Shown: piece by piece, positions 31,905 to 41,632 of the stretch
How the letters are laid out: each line of letters opens with the position of its first letter
How positions within the stretch are numbered: the first letter of the stretch is position 1
Made by a program: the position numbers and the translations under genes
DNA from: an uncultured Verrucomicrobiae bacterium
GTDB taxonomy: Bacteria; Verrucomicrobiota; Verrucomicrobiia; Palsa-1439
Length of the DNA: 64,000 nt
Direction of reading: 5' to 3'
NCBI GenBank assembly: GCA_963812605.1
Contig: CAWEWF010000013.1
Location: forward strand, 30,735 to 94,734
The notes under the pieces: generated by a model
Told to the model about the DNA's origin: nothing
Seen by the model: only the letters and a program-made list of their open reading frames with translations
Database searches by the model: none

Positions 31905-32432
31905 ATGACTTCAGTCCCGGAACAACCAGTCCATATAGTCCCCTACGATGAATCCTGGCCCATACGATTCGAACAAGAGCGGGCAATTTTGGATCGCGTG
32001 ATCGGAAGTTGGGCAGTCGGTGGAATCGAGCACATTGGCAGTACCGCCGTGCCGGGACTCGCTGCGAAACCGGTCATCGACATCATGGCCGGGGTTGATA
32101 GCTTGGAAGCCTCTCGCTCGGCAATACCGGTCCTCAGCGAGATTGAATACTGCCACTTCCCATACCGCCCCGATTTGATGCACTGGTTTTGCAAACCCTC
32201 GCCATCGTTCCGCACCCACCACCTTCATTTGATCCCTTTCCGAAGTCGCCTGTGGGCCGAACGCCTCGCTTTCCGCGACTATCTGCGAGAACACACTGAC
32301 GTTGCGATGGAATATGCCGAGTTAAAGCAGCGCCTCGCCGCACAACATCGCCTCGACCGAGAGGCCTACACGGACGCAAAAACTCCATTCGTGGAACGGA
32401 TCGTCAAACTCGCTCTTGCGAAGAAACAGTGA
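31905..32432 (+). CDS. GrpB/UPF0157 family protein
   Basis: YDESWP..F..E, IEHIGSTAVPGLAAKPVIDI, LAFRDYLR, Y..LK, YTDAK. Confidence 0.92.
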   Translation: MTSVPEQPVHIVPYDESWPIRFEQERAILDRVIGSWAVGGIEHIGSTAVPGLAAKPVIDIMAGVDSLEASRSAIPVLSEIEYCHFPYRPDLMHWFCKPSPSFRTHHLHLIPFRSRLWAERLAFRDYLREHTDVAMEYAELKQRLAAQHRLDREAYTDAKTPFVERIVKLALAKKQ

Positions 32433-32491
32433 TCCGAACCTGCTTGACGCCGTTTTGCCGCCTGATAGAAGTTCTCTCGGGACTGCCAACT

Positions 32492-33382
32492 ATGCGCTTC
32501 AAAAAACAACTCTTGGGAGTCTCGCTGACACTGCTGATGATAACAACCGCTCACGCCCAGAAGTCCACGCCACCAACGAACTCCCCTCCGGCGGAGGGGC
32601 AGGGGGTGGGTACCAAAGTTTCCCCTCCACCGGAGGGGTTAGGGGTGGGTACTGTTGTCACGCTCCACCCGGCGCTGTTCCTCGTCGGCGATTCCATCAT
32701 GCGGACCGGCAACGGCACGGGCGAAAATGGTCAGTGGGGCTGGGGTTCGGAGATCATTCCACTTTTCGACCCGGCAAAAATCCACGTGTACAACGAAGCG
32801 CATGGCGGACGCAGCAGCCGCTCCTACATCGAAGAAGGACTGTGGGCGAAAATTCTCGACCGCCTGCAACCCGGCGATTTCATCCTGTTGCAATTCGGCC
32901 ACAACGATTCCGCCAACTCGCAGAACTACCCCGACCGCGCCACGATCACTGGCGACGGCGATGAGACGGTGCACTTCGGGGTCGGCAGTTCCAATAAAGT
33001 CGTCCACGCCTATGGCTGGTACCTGCGGCAGTACGTCAAAGACGCCAAAGCCAAGGGCGCGGTGGTGATCATCTGTTCTCCGGTCCCACGCAACACATGG
33101 GTCGATGGCAAGATCAAGCGTGGCTTCGACGGCTACGCCCAGTGGGCTGCCGACGCTGCGAAGGCGTCGGGTGCTCTCTTCATCGACCTCAACAACATCG
33201 CCGCCGATCATTACGATGCGCTCGGCCAGGAGAAGACGGCGGACTTGTTCTCGGATTACCAGCACACCAAAAAAGCCGGCGCTCGCCTAAATGCCGAGTC
33301 CGTGGTTGAAGGCCTTAAGCAATTGAAAAGTTGCCCATTGGCCGGCGACCTTGCGTCCGCGCCTGCCAGTGCAAATCAGTGA
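32492..33382 (+). CDS. Rhamnogalacturonan acetylesterase-like SGNH hydrolase, secreted
   Basis: LVGDS, GWG, N.A.GGRSSRSY, QFGHND, D..HT...GA. Confidence 0.88.
   Translation: MRFKKQLLGVSLTLLMITTAHAQKSTPPTNSPPAEGQGVGTKVSPPPEGLGVGTVVTLHPALFLVGDSIMRTGNGTGENGQWGWGSEIIPLFDPAKIHVYNEAHGGRSSRSYIEEGLWAKILDRLQPGDFILLQFGHNDSANSQNYPDRATITGDGDETVHFGVGSSNKVVHAYGWYLRQYVKDAKAKGAVVIICSPVPRNTWVDGKIKRGFDGYAQWAADAAKASGALFIDLNNIAADHYDALGQEKTADLFSDYQHTKKAGARLNAESVVEGLKQLKSCPLAGDLASAPASANQ
32582..32652. repeat. Two REP-like palindromes inside the CDS (39-nt period)
   Basis: TCCCCTCC-N3-GGAGGGG-N3-GGGGTGGGTAC twice. Confidence 0.8.
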
Positions 33383-33405
33383 GTATTCAGCCAAGCTGCA
33401 AACAC

Positions 33406-33732
33406 TCAGTCAATATGACGGTCAATAATCTCCGCAGCTAGGTTCCGCCACGATGTTTCACTATTGATGCTGTAAACAAATGGGGCATGAGCGGTCGAAG
33501 GCATGTCGTCGATCACAATGTCGGGCTTGGCCGTGAAACCCTCGAAAAATTCGGTGAGTCCATGCTGCTCGGCTACGCGGCGAGCGTACTCAGCACCGAC
33601 TGAGGACCATAAGAAAAGATGACAACCTTCATTTCGAAGCCGTTGTAACGCTTCCTGTGCGCCGTCTAGGAGGCGTCCTCCTGCATCCACCAGTGTGAGA
33701 TCAACATCGATGAAGATATTCGCATTTTTCAC
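33406..33732 (-). CDS. Small HAD-superfamily protein
   Basis: FIDVDLTLVD, LWSS.G..YA, KPD..IDD; GTG start after GGAGG. Confidence 0.8.
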   Translation of the reverse strand: MKNANIFIDVDLTLVDAGGRLLDGAQEALQRLRNEGCHLFLWSSVGAEYARRVAEQHGLTEFFEGFTAKPDIVIDDMPSTAHAPFVYSINSETSWRNLAAEIIDRHID

Positions 33733-33876
33733 GGCGCCTCCGGTTCTACCTGTAAGGGTATAATACCATAAATTTGGATGTAAAAGACCAGGCATCCTGG
33801 CTTTGTCGCTTTACAGTCGCTTGACGAACGGATGTGAAACTCTTAGCCTTCCGCTGTCTCGACGAAAAATAATGTT

Positions 33877-34683
33877 ATGCGTCCTCTCAAATACCTGCTT
33901 TTACTTGTCGCCTCCGCAGTGTTTCTAACATCGCTCGCCGTCCTGGCTGTCGAAGACTCGGTCACACTCAATTCCGGGGAGATCGTCAAGGGACGGATCA
34001 CCTCAGAAACCGACACGGACATCGCCGTCGAAATCTCCAACGAACGCCATACGGTTTTCACGACGCGAACTCTTCTCAAGTCCGATATCAAGGAAGTCCA
34101 CAAACTTACTCCCGAGCAGCGCCAGGAGGGCGAAGCGTACGAAGCGCTCGGGCGTTACCAGTTGAATCCCAATCAGGAATTCAAGTCCGCTTACTATGCG
34201 GAGGGAATCGCGGCCTTCGACAAATTTCTGGCCGCTTATCCCAACTCGGAAAACGCCGCGTCGATTACCGCCCGGCAGACGCAATGGCGGTTTGAAAAGT
34301 TCGAAGTGGACCATGGACGCGTCAAATTCGCCGATAAATGGATGCTGCCCGACGCGAAAAAGCCGCTCGTCGAGGAACAACAACGTCAAAGCATGGAGCG
34401 GTATCTTCAGAATCAAGTGCAGATCGTCAGGGCAGCCAAGGCGCGGGTGGACGCCGCCCAAAAAGAGCATAATTTTCTGCACAGCACCGCCGGGTATCGT
34501 GGCAAGGTGCTCGCAGAACCTGAATACAGCCAGGTCATGGCACGCTATGCAGCCAACGACGCGGAAATCCCCAAAGCCCAAGCCAACCTGACAGCAGTCC
34601 AGGGGAAATTCAACGAGTTGTACGCCCAGTACCAGAAGCTGGGCGGCACGGTGAATTACCAGCAGCAGATCGACGCGAAGTAA
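33877..34683 (+). CDS. Secreted hypothetical protein (beta-rich N-domain + helical region)
   Basis: Signal peptide; VTLNSGEIVKGRITSETD; FL.AYPNS. Confidence 0.7.
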   Translation: MRPLKYLLLLVASAVFLTSLAVLAVEDSVTLNSGEIVKGRITSETDTDIAVEISNERHTVFTTRTLLKSDIKEVHKLTPEQRQEGEAYEALGRYQLNPNQEFKSAYYAEGIAAFDKFLAAYPNSENAASITARQTQWRFEKFEVDHGRVKFADKWMLPDAKKPLVEEQQRQSMERYLQNQVQIVRAAKARVDAAQKEHNFLHSTAGYRGKVLAEPEYSQVMARYAANDAEIPKAQANLTAVQGKFNELYAQYQKLGGTVNYQQQIDAK

Positions 34684-35164
34684 GCTAGTCCGCAGGAAAC
34701 AGATAGGTCTTGTCAGACGGCGGAATGCCCCTCGCGGCAACGAGGTGATGAACAGGGGAGGGCATCAATGGCGACGGTTTGCCGGCGTCAGGTGAGCGAG
34801 GATCGTCTTCGTCACTATCGTGAAGCTGCGTGCCTTAAGAAATGGCTTGAGCAAGATCCGTACGATTCGGCCGAAAGTAAAAGCCGCCTTCGCCACTGGC
34901 GGCGACAAGACAACGCGTCCGCCAAGAAATCGGAGTGTAACGGGATCGTCCCAATAGCAAGTGGGTGCAACTGGTGAGCTCAACGCATCGAATGTAGCCG
35001 AGCGTAGCTTCGATCCGCATTCTACCATGAACTCACGTTCGGCTCAAACGATAGTGTCGACAAAAGAAGGGGCTTCGATTGTCGTGCATGTCTCAATCTT
35101 TGATACGGCAAAACAACCGCTAACCCTGCTTGACAGCCTGCCGCGTCATCCGCAAACTGTCGCC

Positions 35165-36289
35165 ATGCCTGTAGCGGCCACAAAGACAAAGTCCATCTAC
35201 CTCGTCGGTGGCGCCGATGAGTTTTCCATCAAGGAAACCGCCGCCAAGCTGGCGGAGAAGTTGGCGCCGAAGAAGGCGGGGGAGTTTGGGTTGGAGATCA
35301 TCGAAGGTTCGGTGTCGAACCAGGACGAGGCGCTGAAGGTTCTTTCGCGTGTCCGCGAAGCGTTGAACACCGTCGGCTTGTTCGGCGGGGGCGACAAGCT
35401 GGTGTGGTTGAAGAGCACCGACCTGCTAGCCGACAATCCGACCACACGCGCGGAAGCCGTTAAGGACGCGCTGGCGGAACTGGGCGATCTACTGAAAAGC
35501 GGTCTGGGCGACGGCGTGATACTGTTGATCAGCGCGATCGGGTGCGACCGGCGCAAGTCGCTCTACAAGACGCTCGAGAAAATCGGTGAAGTGCAATTTT
35601 TCGAGGCGCTCGAAGAAGGCAAGGGCGATGCCGACGAGGACATCGAGGCCTTCATCCGCGCGAAGCTGCGCGCCGACGCCAAGACGATGAACCCGGAAGC
35701 CGTCCAGGTGTTTCGCGAACTGGTCGCGCCGAATCTGCGCGAGATCGCCAACGAATTGGAGAAGCTGATCACCTACGTCGGCAAGCGGAACGAGATTTTA
35801 CCCGAAGATGTACGCGCGATTTGCTCGGCCTCGCGCCAGGCGGTAATTTGGGAACTGACCGACGCCCTCGGCGCGCGCCGCACCGCGCACGCCATCGCCG
35901 CGCTGGAAAACCTGCTCGACTCCGGCGATCAACCAATCGGCATCTTGATGATGCTGGTCGCGCAGTTTCGCCTGATGTTGCTCGCGCGGGACCTGCTGCA
36001 ACGCAAACTGATCACCGCCCGTGACGGCCAGGGCGGTAATTTCGAGTTCGTGAAAGCGTTCGAGCGCCTGCCCGAGAGTGTAATCGCGCATTTTCCGCGA
36101 ACGAAAGAGGGCGCGTTGCCGAATGCCTGGCGCGTGTACCGCTGTGCGCTCGCGGCAAAGAATTTTTCCACGACGGAACTGATCCGCGCGATGGATTTGC
36201 TGTTGGAAGCGAATCGCCAACTCGTTACGACGCAACTGGATGATCGACTGGTGTTGGAAGAAGCGATTGCCAAAATAGCGCGGAAATAG
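35165..36289 (+). CDS. holA: DNA polymerase III delta subunit
   Basis: IYLVGG.DEF, T.GLFGG..LVW, D.RKSLYK, NELEKL..Y, IWELTDAL. Confidence 0.88.
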   Translation: MPVAATKTKSIYLVGGADEFSIKETAAKLAEKLAPKKAGEFGLEIIEGSVSNQDEALKVLSRVREALNTVGLFGGGDKLVWLKSTDLLADNPTTRAEAVKDALAELGDLLKSGLGDGVILLISAIGCDRRKSLYKTLEKIGEVQFFEALEEGKGDADEDIEAFIRAKLRADAKTMNPEAVQVFRELVAPNLREIANELEKLITYVGKRNEILPEDVRAICSASRQAVIWELTDALGARRTAHAIAALENLLDSGDQPIGILMMLVAQFRLMLLARDLLQRKLITARDGQGGNFEFVKAFERLPESVIAHFPRTKEGALPNAWRVYRCALAAKNFSTTELIRAMDLLLEANRQLVTTQLDDRLVLEEAIAKIARK

Positions 36290-36382
36290 ACGGCCATCGC
36301 GCCGTCTAGGGAGATTTCCTAAAAGCGCCTCGGAAACCAGTAAAAGATTGACTGGAAAGCTCTTCGCATTAATTACTCAGCC

Positions 36383-38724
36383 ATGGAGATCTCGCGATTC
36401 CTCGCTGAATTGCATCTGCGGTTGGTGCCTTTTCCCATCGTGCTGTTGCTGACGGCGTTGTTGCTCGACGGGTTCGGTTTGGCTTGTCGCAACATGAAGT
36501 TGCACCAGTCGGCCAAATGGTTGCTGTGCGCCGGCACCGTGTCGCTGCTCCTGGCGTTTATCTGCGGAATCTGCGCGGAGATCTGGGCCGGTCGCGCGGG
36601 TGTCCCGCATCTGCCCATCCAAATTCACGAACTCGCCGCGACGATTGCCGCCTGGGGTTTCATCGCGCTGATGTCGTGGCGGCTGTTCCTCGACGGCACG
36701 CGCCGGGGGGCGATGCTCGCCTATGTGATTTGCGGCCTCGGTTTGTACGCCTTGCTGGGGATCACGGGTTATCTCGGCGGCAAATTGGTGACCGAATACG
36801 GCGCGGCAGTTACCGGTGCAAGCGCCAAGACGGTCCTCTCGGGGCACGATCTCAACACGCTGGCCGAGCGCCAGACTGATCGTAATCTGCAATACTCCGA
36901 TTTCATGCACCACAGCGCCGGCGTGTTCGTGCTGACGCTGACACTGGCGATCTTCGTGCGCGAGCTCTGGCCGGAGTATGAATCCAAGGTGCGCTGGGTC
37001 GGGCCCACCTTGCTCAAGGTGGGCGGCGTGATGCTGTTCCTCTGTGCCGATCTTGACCTGTACGCATTGACCGATCCACGGCAGTTCATGGACCGCGAAG
37101 CGCAGATGCACAAGCTCACCGCGCTGATCATGGTGGCTGCCGGCCTGTATATGCTGGTGAGGCAGCGCCGCGGGCCCGTCGTGCAGAAGACCGAAGCGCA
37201 AGCCCGATTCCAAAACCGCCTCATCGCTGTCCTCGCGCTCATTGGTGGTGGCTTGCTCTTCACGCACGTGCACACCGTCGCGCCCTATGCCAATGTCGCC
37301 GCGGGCGTTTACATCAATCATATCACCATGGGCTTCGTCGCGCTGGCGATTGGCGCCATCAAACTGCTGGACGATGCGTTGCCCGACAAGGTGCGCTGGC
37401 GCGCGTTGCTGTTCCCCTCGTTTCTTGGCGTGCAGGCGTTCTTGTTGTTGACGTACACCGAGGGCATCCCGTGGTGGGCCGGCATCGGCCACTACAATCG
37501 TTGGGGCCCCAACGGCGGCTGCGTCGCATCCTTCGGTAAGGAACGCGCGGAGCTGGTGTTTGACCCTGTCGCAGCCATGCTCGACGTCCGGGTTCTCGAT
37601 CGGTTTGCCGACGACCCGGTCAGCATCGCGGCGACCAACGTCAATATCATCGTCGCGCGCGGTTACGAAGAAACTGCGGTTCCGCTCGCCGCGGTCAACG
37701 CCACGAACGGCACAGCCTCGCACTTTCGCGGCCCCGCGCTGTTCCTGAAGGATGCCGTGCAGTTCGACGCGCGCGTCATCCTGCCGCTGGACGGGAAAGA
37801 GCGCACCGGCTATTTCGATCCGTGGGTGACGCCGGTCATCCACGGCATTCCACCCAACGAGGTTGCGCGGTTCGTTTGCCCAATGCACGAAGGGATTCGC
37901 TCAACAACTTCCGGGGTATGCAGGATTTGCGGGATGCCTTTGGTGCCGCTACAACTCACGCCGCCGCAAGGGTTGCACGATGCGAAGTTCGCGATGAAAC
38001 TGGAACGCAAGGGCGACACCTTGCATTTCCTGCCGCAATTGGCCGCGACCGGTGAAACCGTGCGCGATCTTCTCATCACGCATGAACACTTGCTGCACCT
38101 GATCATTGTGAGCGATGACCTGTCCTTTTTCGATCACGTCCATCCCGTTCGCCAGGAGGACGGGACGTTCACTCTTGATTACAAGTTCCCGCACGCCGGC
38201 AATTTTCTTCTCTTCGCCGACATCATGCCCAATGGCGAACGGGCCCAGGTATTCCGCCTCCCGCTATCAATCGACGAAAATACTCCACCGCGGCGCAACC
38301 CTGCGCTTTATCGGTATCGCCGGCGCCCGCGCGCGAGGTCGGGCCGTATCACGTCGAGATGATTCTCCAGCCGCGGGCCCTCGTGGCGGAGCGTGAATCG
38401 CAACTGGCATTCCGTCTGGAGCGCGATGGCAAGCCGGTGACCGATCTGTCCCCGTACATCGGCGCAATGGGTCATTGCGTGATCATCAGTGAAGACACGC
38501 AAACCTACCTGCATAGTCATCCCGAGCAGTTTGCGCCGGCGCTGCCGTCCGGGGCGCAGGGCGGACCCGAGGTGAGTTTTCACACCGTGTTCCCAGCGCC
38601 GGGCCGCTACAAGGTCTGGGGACAATTCAAGCGTGGCGACGAACTGATCGTGGCGGACTTTGTGGTGAATGTCGAAAAACCGATCATGCCCCGGTGGCTG
38701 GTAGGTTTTTTACTGTTTGATTGA
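36383..38724 (+). CDS. Large His-rich membrane protein: DUF2231-like N-terminus + TM region + CPMH metal-binding domain + duplicated His-motif domain; frameshift near 38290-38350
   Basis: HLRLVPFPI..GYLGGKLV.EYG; CPMH...CRICGM; HEHLLHLIIVSDDL..FDHVHP; PYIGAMGH...YLHSHP...FPAPGRYKVWGQF. Confidence 0.7.
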
Positions 38725-38742
38725 GCGCGCGATGGTAACCGG

Positions 38743-40470
38743 CTAAAACGGATTCAGCAATTGCGACGGAACATCGGGCGCGCGCGCGACGGGGGAGTTT
38801 GTGGGGACGATTCCCTTCGCCTTCTCCAGCAACGCAAGAAGCTGGTCCGCGCCGACATATTCAACCTGTCGCAATTCCGTATGCTCGCGACCATCCGGGC
38901 CAAGGAAAAGGATGGTCGGCACGCCCCAAATGCCGAAATCCTTGCGGATCTTTTCAACCTCGGGCGAACTCTCACGCGTAAGATCGGCCCTGACCATCGT
39001 GACCTGGTTGGTCTGGCCGATGACGCGCGCATCGCGGAACGTGGTGCGCTGCATTTTGCGACACGGACCGCACCAGTCGGCCGTGAAATCGATCATCACC
39101 GGGCGATGCTCGGCGGCGGCTTGCTGGAGGTTGGCGGCGGAGTAAGGTTCCCACGCGATCCCGCCGGTGGTCGGCGTCGCGGCATTCAGCCAGAGCGGGC
39201 TGGTAATCCACGCCGCCACTGCGAACAGCGCCACGCCAAATACCCGCTTCACCCAGACCATCCACATGCCCGATTTCGGCAGGCGCGTCAGTAATCCGGA
39301 AAATGTCCCGAGCACGACATAGGGCAGACCCAACCCCAGCGCCAGCGCAAAGAACAGCCACCAGCCGATCCACGGGTTGCCGGTTTGGCCGACGAATGCC
39401 AACAGCGCGACGACGAACGGAGCCAGGCAGGGCGCGGCAATGACCCCGATCACCGCGCCGAGAAAAAACACGCCGATGTAGCCCGCCTTCGACGACAGAC
39501 CGGTCGCCCTCTGCATCAGGGCCTGGGGAGGTTGAAGCTCGAACAGGCCGAACATGCTCAGCGCGAGCGCGACGAGCAGCAAGGCGATGCCGACCAGCAC
39601 AAAAGGACTTTGGAGCGCGGAACCGAAGAGCGAGCCGGTAAGCGCCGCGATCAATCCAAGGGTCGAATAGGTCAGCACGATGCCGAGACAATAAATGAGC
39701 GAGGACGCAAACGCGCGCCGCGCATTTCGCTCGCCGCCCTGCCCGCCGAAGTAGCTGACCGTAATGGCGATCATCGGGTACACGCACGGCGTGAGATTGA
39801 GCGCCAGGCCACCCAGGAAAACGATCAGGATCGTGACGAACCAGCCGCGTTCCCGCACGAGTGTGGCAATGGGACTGACCCCCTCATTCCCCCCGGCGGT
39901 CACGAGACGCGCCAGCGGCGCGGCCTCGGTCACGGCGCCGAAGAGCTCGGGATGGACTGACTGCGGCTTCTGCGGTGCCGATACGATTTCAGTCTCGATG
40001 ACCACGGGAATGGTCTTCGGTGCAATGCACACCTGATCGTTGCAGGCCTGGTAGCGCAGCGTGCCTTCCAGTTTCACCGGCCCGGGTTGGGCCGCGGCGT
40101 TGACGCGCCCTTCCGCAAAAATAATCGTGTGACCCGTGTAAAGCGCGACCGGTCCGTCAGACCACGACACCTGCGTCGTCGCGCCCTTTGGATAAACAAT
40201 GCGGTCGAACACGACAGCCGCAGTTGACGGCAGTGTGAGCGTCGTTGGGATCAGGCCCTCGGCGTTGGCGGGATTGGCGTTGATGTGCCAGTGTTCGGCG
40301 ACATCGATGACAATCGCGACGCGGAAAGACGCGTCCGGGGCCAGCTTATCGACCGACAACAACGTCGTGACCCTGGCCTCGCCTTGCGGCCCGCCCGGTT
40401 GCGCTTTACCGGCCAGCGAGGTTAGGAGAACCAGCGCGAGCGCGACCGAAAATGGCCGGAAACGGCTCAT
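38743..40470 (-). CDS. dsbD: Protein-disulfide reductase DsbD
   Basis: YQACNDQVC, LTPCVYP, APC, thioredoxin FTADWCGPC. Confidence 0.92.
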   Translation of the reverse strand: MSRFRPFSVALALVLLTSLAGKAQPGGPQGEARVTTLLSVDKLAPDASFRVAIVIDVAEHWHINANPANAEGLIPTTLTLPSTAAVVFDRIVYPKGATTQVSWSDGPVALYTGHTIIFAEGRVNAAAQPGPVKLEGTLRYQACNDQVCIAPKTIPVVIETEIVSAPQKPQSVHPELFGAVTEAAPLARLVTAGGNEGVSPIATLVRERGWFVTILIVFLGGLALNLTPCVYPMIAITVSYFGGQGGERNARRAFASSLIYCLGIVLTYSTLGLIAALTGSLFGSALQSPFVLVGIALLLVALALSMFGLFELQPPQALMQRATGLSSKAGYIGVFFLGAVIGVIAAPCLAPFVVALLAFVGQTGNPWIGWWLFFALALGLGLPYVVLGTFSGLLTRLPKSGMWMVWVKRVFGVALFAVAAWITSPLWLNAATPTTGGIAWEPYSAANLQQAAAEHRPVMIDFTADWCGPCRKMQRTTFRDARVIGQTNQVTMVRADLTRESSPEVEKIRKDFGIWGVPTILFLGPDGREHTELRQVEYVGADQLLALLEKAKGIVPTNSPVARAPDVPSQLLNPF

Positions 40471-41027
40471 TGATTGAAGATGGCTCGAATGTCGGCTTTG
40501 AGGGCATTGGCTTCGGTGACACCGACATATTTACGGATGATATTTTGGTTCTTGTCGATGATGAACAGGGTCGGCACAGCCGTCAGGCCGCCGAAGCCTT
40601 GAATGATGTCGTAATCGGGTGGGTATAGCGGAAAATTCACGCCCTGCTCTTCGGCAAAGGTCTTGATCGGTTGGGCGCCAGGCTGTTCGAAGGCGAGGCC
40701 GAGCACGGCCAGGTTTGTCTCGCTGTATTCCTTGAGGAGTTCATTCAGGATGGGCACCTGCCTCTGGCTGGGTCCGTCCCCGGTGGCCAGAAAGAAAACA
40801 ACCAGCGCCTTGCCTTTGAAGTCGCTGAGTTTGACGATCTGTCCCCGCCCGATCTTTAACGAGAAAGCGGGCGCGGGTATGGCCATGTGAGTATCGTTTG
40901 TCGCGCCAAATGCGCGCCCCAAGAACACGATCACCACCAACAGCATGACGAGCCCCACCACCAGTGAAATCGCGAGACGACTCGTCCCTGCATTTGTTTT
41001 GGCATTCATTTTTTGGGTTTTCGACAC
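40467..41027 (-). CDS. TlpA/redoxin-fold membrane-anchored protein lacking CxxC
   Basis: PAPAFSL...VKLSDFKGK.LVVFFLATGDGPS; AVPTLFIID. Confidence 0.75.
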   Translation of the reverse strand: MSKTQKMNAKTNAGTSRLAISLVVGLVMLLVVIVFLGRAFGATNDTHMAIPAPAFSLKIGRGQIVKLSDFKGKALVVFFLATGDGPSQRQVPILNELLKEYSETNLAVLGLAFEQPGAQPIKTFAEEQGVNFPLYPPDYDIIQGFGGLTAVPTLFIIDKNQNIIRKYVGVTEANALKADIRAIFNQ

Positions 41028-41297
41028 CTTCTTTGCAACCCCAATGACCGGATGGCTTCACGTATATTATTACTAGACTCCATTCCCGTGCGCAAGCGCG
41101 GCTTTCTCTTAGGACGAAACGTCCGGCCGTCCCATTGAACCGCTTGCCCCGAATCCGTTTCGGGGTTGGACGTTAAATCCGTTCACAATTCGCCCTGCCG
41201 GAACGCGGGAGGGACATTACTGCGGCTCCCCAGTGGCCTCGTTTTCCAAAAAACGAAGCCACTTTTCGATGTAAACGGTCCCACCGGGGCCTTATTT

Positions 41298-41570
41298 TGG
41301 GTTCGTTTTCCGAAAACGAACCCACCTGCAAACGCTGCTGCAAACGTCACAAGTTTCTGTAAATAAAAGTGATACATCGGAAATGCCGTCGCAAAACGGT
41401 GGGTTCGTTTCGCAGAAACGTATATAGGGGCCCCCGCTGGTAGTGGCGCGGGTGTCCCGCCTGCACACTTTCGCCGCCCACTTGTTGCTGTTCCGTCTCA
41501 ATTCGTAATTCACACGCCAATTATACCCCTCCCACCACGCCGCGTCCAGCAAAAATATCGATTTACGATA
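41298..41570 (-). repeat. Dispersed palindrome-promoter-IR element, copy B
   Basis: TATCG-N5-CGATA 41556-41570; TGGACG-N17-TATAAT on the minus strand (41548-41520); 13-bp IR 41314-41326 / 41398-41410. Confidence 0.8.
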
Positions 41571-41632
41571 CACGGGCGGAATCCCGATGTACCCGCCTCG
41601 CCCCGTCGAGGCGTCGGCCCGGCCGGTTCGCC

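Noticed and set aside
34768-34977. 69-aa ORF with a GGAGG RBS
   Set aside because: No recognisable homology or motif; cannot be supported from sequence alone
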